Source: Klebsormidium nitens
Taxonomy: Eukaryota > Plantae > Klebsormidiophyceae
Assembly (NCBI GenBank): GCA_000708835.1
Contig: DF237605.1
Span: 1-46,211 of the forward strand
DNA: 46,211 nt
Reading direction: 5' to 3'
Shown here: positions 43,901 to 46,211 of the stretch, one piece after another
How positions within the stretch are numbered: the first letter of the stretch is position 1
Layout: each line of letters starts with the position of its first letter
Made by a program: the position numbers and the translations under genes
Notes under the pieces: model-generated
The model's input: only the letters and a program-made list of their open reading frames with translations
Databases searched by the model: none
What the model was told of the DNA's origin: nothing

Positions 43901-45384
43901 TGAATGCCTCCAGCTTTTTTCGCTCAGGAAAGGTGAAGGTTCTCATGAGAGTGTTCGCATCTTGCGATATCGTGTTTAGAGGCCCATGTCGTCGGACGGC
44001 TTCTCAACCCAACTTGAAGTTCGTATTTAATGTCCAGAGATCCAGACATAGCCTTCAATTCCCCGGAATTCTGATGTAGCAGTAAAGATTGCTTCCGCAG
44101 TGGGTTGTGCAGGAGTTTGACTTGCTCGAGGAGCGGCTACCCCGTTCGGTTGAGGACAGGTCCGAGCTGTTTAGCGGCCAGTCCGTTTCAATTCGCTGCT
44201 GGTTCTAGCCTGCTGCCGACTGGCATTAACTTGGCCTGACAGGTACAAGGACCTGCCGCTGGGACGGCTGGCCATGGCCTTCGGTCTGCTGCAGCTGCCG
44301 CGCATGCCGGAGCTCCAGAACGGGCGGGGCAAGTACAAGTTCAGCACCGACGGCTTCGTCCCCGCAGCGGTGGATTCGGATTCCGTGCGGTTCAAGTAAG
44401 CCCGGCTGTCGTTTACTTCTCTTGAGGTTGACAAGAAGTGGGCACGTGGAGGCAGACAGTGTGTGGCCTGAAGCATGTTGCCGCTAGCGTCGCCCTTTGA
44501 ATCGTTTTACTGAACGTTGAAAATACTGCAAGCTCCGTTAGATGAATTAGAACTGCGCTCCAGTGGGCTACCGTTACGTCACAATGCTACTGTGACGAAG
44601 TTCGGTTGGATTTTCTAATGCTTTTACGAGCTTCAAGACTGTGCACCGTCTGCGAGTTTTGCACTTTCAATCGTGTCAAATTGTGGACAATTTTGCAGCT
44701 GATTCTGGCTGTGTAGGAAGATGGTCAATTCACGACACACGGGCTGAAACTAAAGCGACTTATTAGTACCGGGGCAGGCTTTCTTGGATTTTGAAAGGCT
44801 CCGCCTTGTGCATTCGTTAAGCATGCTTCTGAGTACTTTGGTCAGGTTTCCCTGTGTTTTCTTTGAGGGCTCTCACTTCAAACGGCTCCTTTGAAACGAG
44901 CGCCCCGCTGAGCTGATGCGCCCTTGGTTGCAGGGATGCCCAGCGCGAGAAACAGCGGCAAGCAACACTCGCAAAGAGGGTCGAGGAGCGGGCACTAAGG
45001 AAAGGGAGCGAACACGAGAGAAAGGAGAAGCAGGCGGGGGCAGTAAGGGACAAGATGGAGAAGCGAACAAAGAAGAAGCGAAATGCGGAGCAGTTGGCAG
45101 GGGACTTGGAAGATTTGGACAAGGAATACAAGCTCCTCAAGAAGCTGAAGAAAGGGAAAATTAGCGAGCGGGAATACGCTCAAGCGATGGGTGATTTGGA
45201 GGATGTTGCTGATAGCGTAGCTGTGGAAGCGGAAAGTTTACCAGGAGATGAGGGACAGAGTGAAGGGGATGGAAGAGGGTCTCGGGGTTCTGTACATCGT
45301 CAAGCAAGCACGCAGGTGTCAAGGAAAGGCTCAAAAGCAAGTCACCGATCTAAGAATAAACAAAGACGGAAGTTAAGTAGCTAA
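40990..45384 (+). CDS. DDX55: DEAD-box RNA helicase RH18/DDX55/Spb4 (60S ribosome biogenesis), ~647 aa, 7 exons
   Basis: Exons 40990-41487, 41797-42038, 42352-42541, 42787-42900, 43251-43546, 44243-44395, 44934-45384. Q motif [34 protein letters not shown] ([12 protein letters not shown]), [41 protein letters not shown]. Subfamily-typical [27 protein letters not shown] and a Lys-rich tail. Confidence 0.95.
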
Positions 45385-46211
45385 GGAGTCTGTTTGAAGC
45401 ATTATTTTTCATTGAAGCTTGTGGTATAAAGAAGGTGAACAAGGAATTGTGATGTTGAATGGGCGGCCTGCCTGGACAGTCTCTCTAGGGGACCATGGGC
45501 GGTTGAATTTGCATGATTGAATTGTCAGATCAACATGACTCGTTGTGTAAGGTTGTCTGTCCACAACTTGGTTCAATTCCTACAATGACTGCATATCTAA
45601 ATGGTCTCCAGACAGACTCGATCTTTAAATAGTAAGTGAACGAAATTAAGTTTGTGAAGAGACTCTAGTTTTGAATCTTCGGGTGAACCGTGTAGGTTGC
45701 AGGACTGCATGGTTGACGATTCATTCATTCGTCACGGTGCTCTTACTCGTTTTGGACGGGCTTTGGACGGGCTTTCGGGCTTCGAAGAAAGAAGAAACAT
45801 GCAAGTGCATGCCTTCGGTTCTTTTCCACCGATCTGCAGTAGCCAAGTGTTCTTACACCGTCGATTAGCTTCAGGCTCAAGTATCGTCGGCCAGGACGTA
45901 CATGAGGAGGTTCAGAGAACATCGACGGCCGGGCCGTCCCTGGGTAACCTCGAACCGAAGTATCCGGGTGTATCACCCGGTGTGCTGCCCAGTACTGTTG
46001 CCTGTGTGGTTGTGCCCGGAGCACTGCCCGGCCGTCCCCTGCAGACTCCAAGGCTTAATTGGCTTGCCTTCTCTAGAAGGGAATCCCTAGGAGTCGTCAA
46101 ATTTTAGCTTAAATTTTGCCGTATGCGGGCCTCTGCGCTTCTGACATTGGAGGTGCTTCAATGGCGGGTTCGATTTCGTAAACCTAGAAATCACGTGTCT
46201 AAATGGACAGA

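Noticed and set aside
1-46211. CRISPR arrays, rRNA genes, prokaryotic operons
   Set aside because: None seen; the window is spliced eukaryotic DNA and the repeats are two-copy duplications without spacers.

Overview
Intron-rich eukaryotic nuclear DNA from a green-lineage organism. The GT-AG introns of mostly 140-1300 nt, GC-rich third codon positions and plant-type proteins suggest a streptophyte alga such as Klebsormidium (inference). Ten protein-coding genes were rebuilt by hand with phase-consistent splice sites: PIG-S (-), VPS20/CHMP6 (+), an unknown small putative plastid membrane protein (-), a ~16-motif P-class PPR protein (+), a METTL21-family lysine methyltransferase (-), an AGFG/NIG-type ArfGAP (+), a plastid-type Uup/YfmR-like ABC-F ATPase (+), VMA21 (-, absent from the ORF track), APC13 (+) and the DEAD-box helicase RH18/DDX55/Spb4 (+). 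Eight genes have divergent (head-to-head) neighbours. Mobile DNA comprises a decayed Ty1/copia fragment at the left edge and two adjacent MITE-like elements in the ABC-F promoter region, one holding a tRNA-like Pol III cassette. The most notable observation is a complete 67-aa APC13 ORF ending only 48 nt before the helicase ATG, on the same strand and in the same frame. This points to a bicistronic APC13-RH18 mRNA, analogous to the plant CDC26-TTM3 bicistron. All calls come from reading the sequence by eye; no database searches were run.
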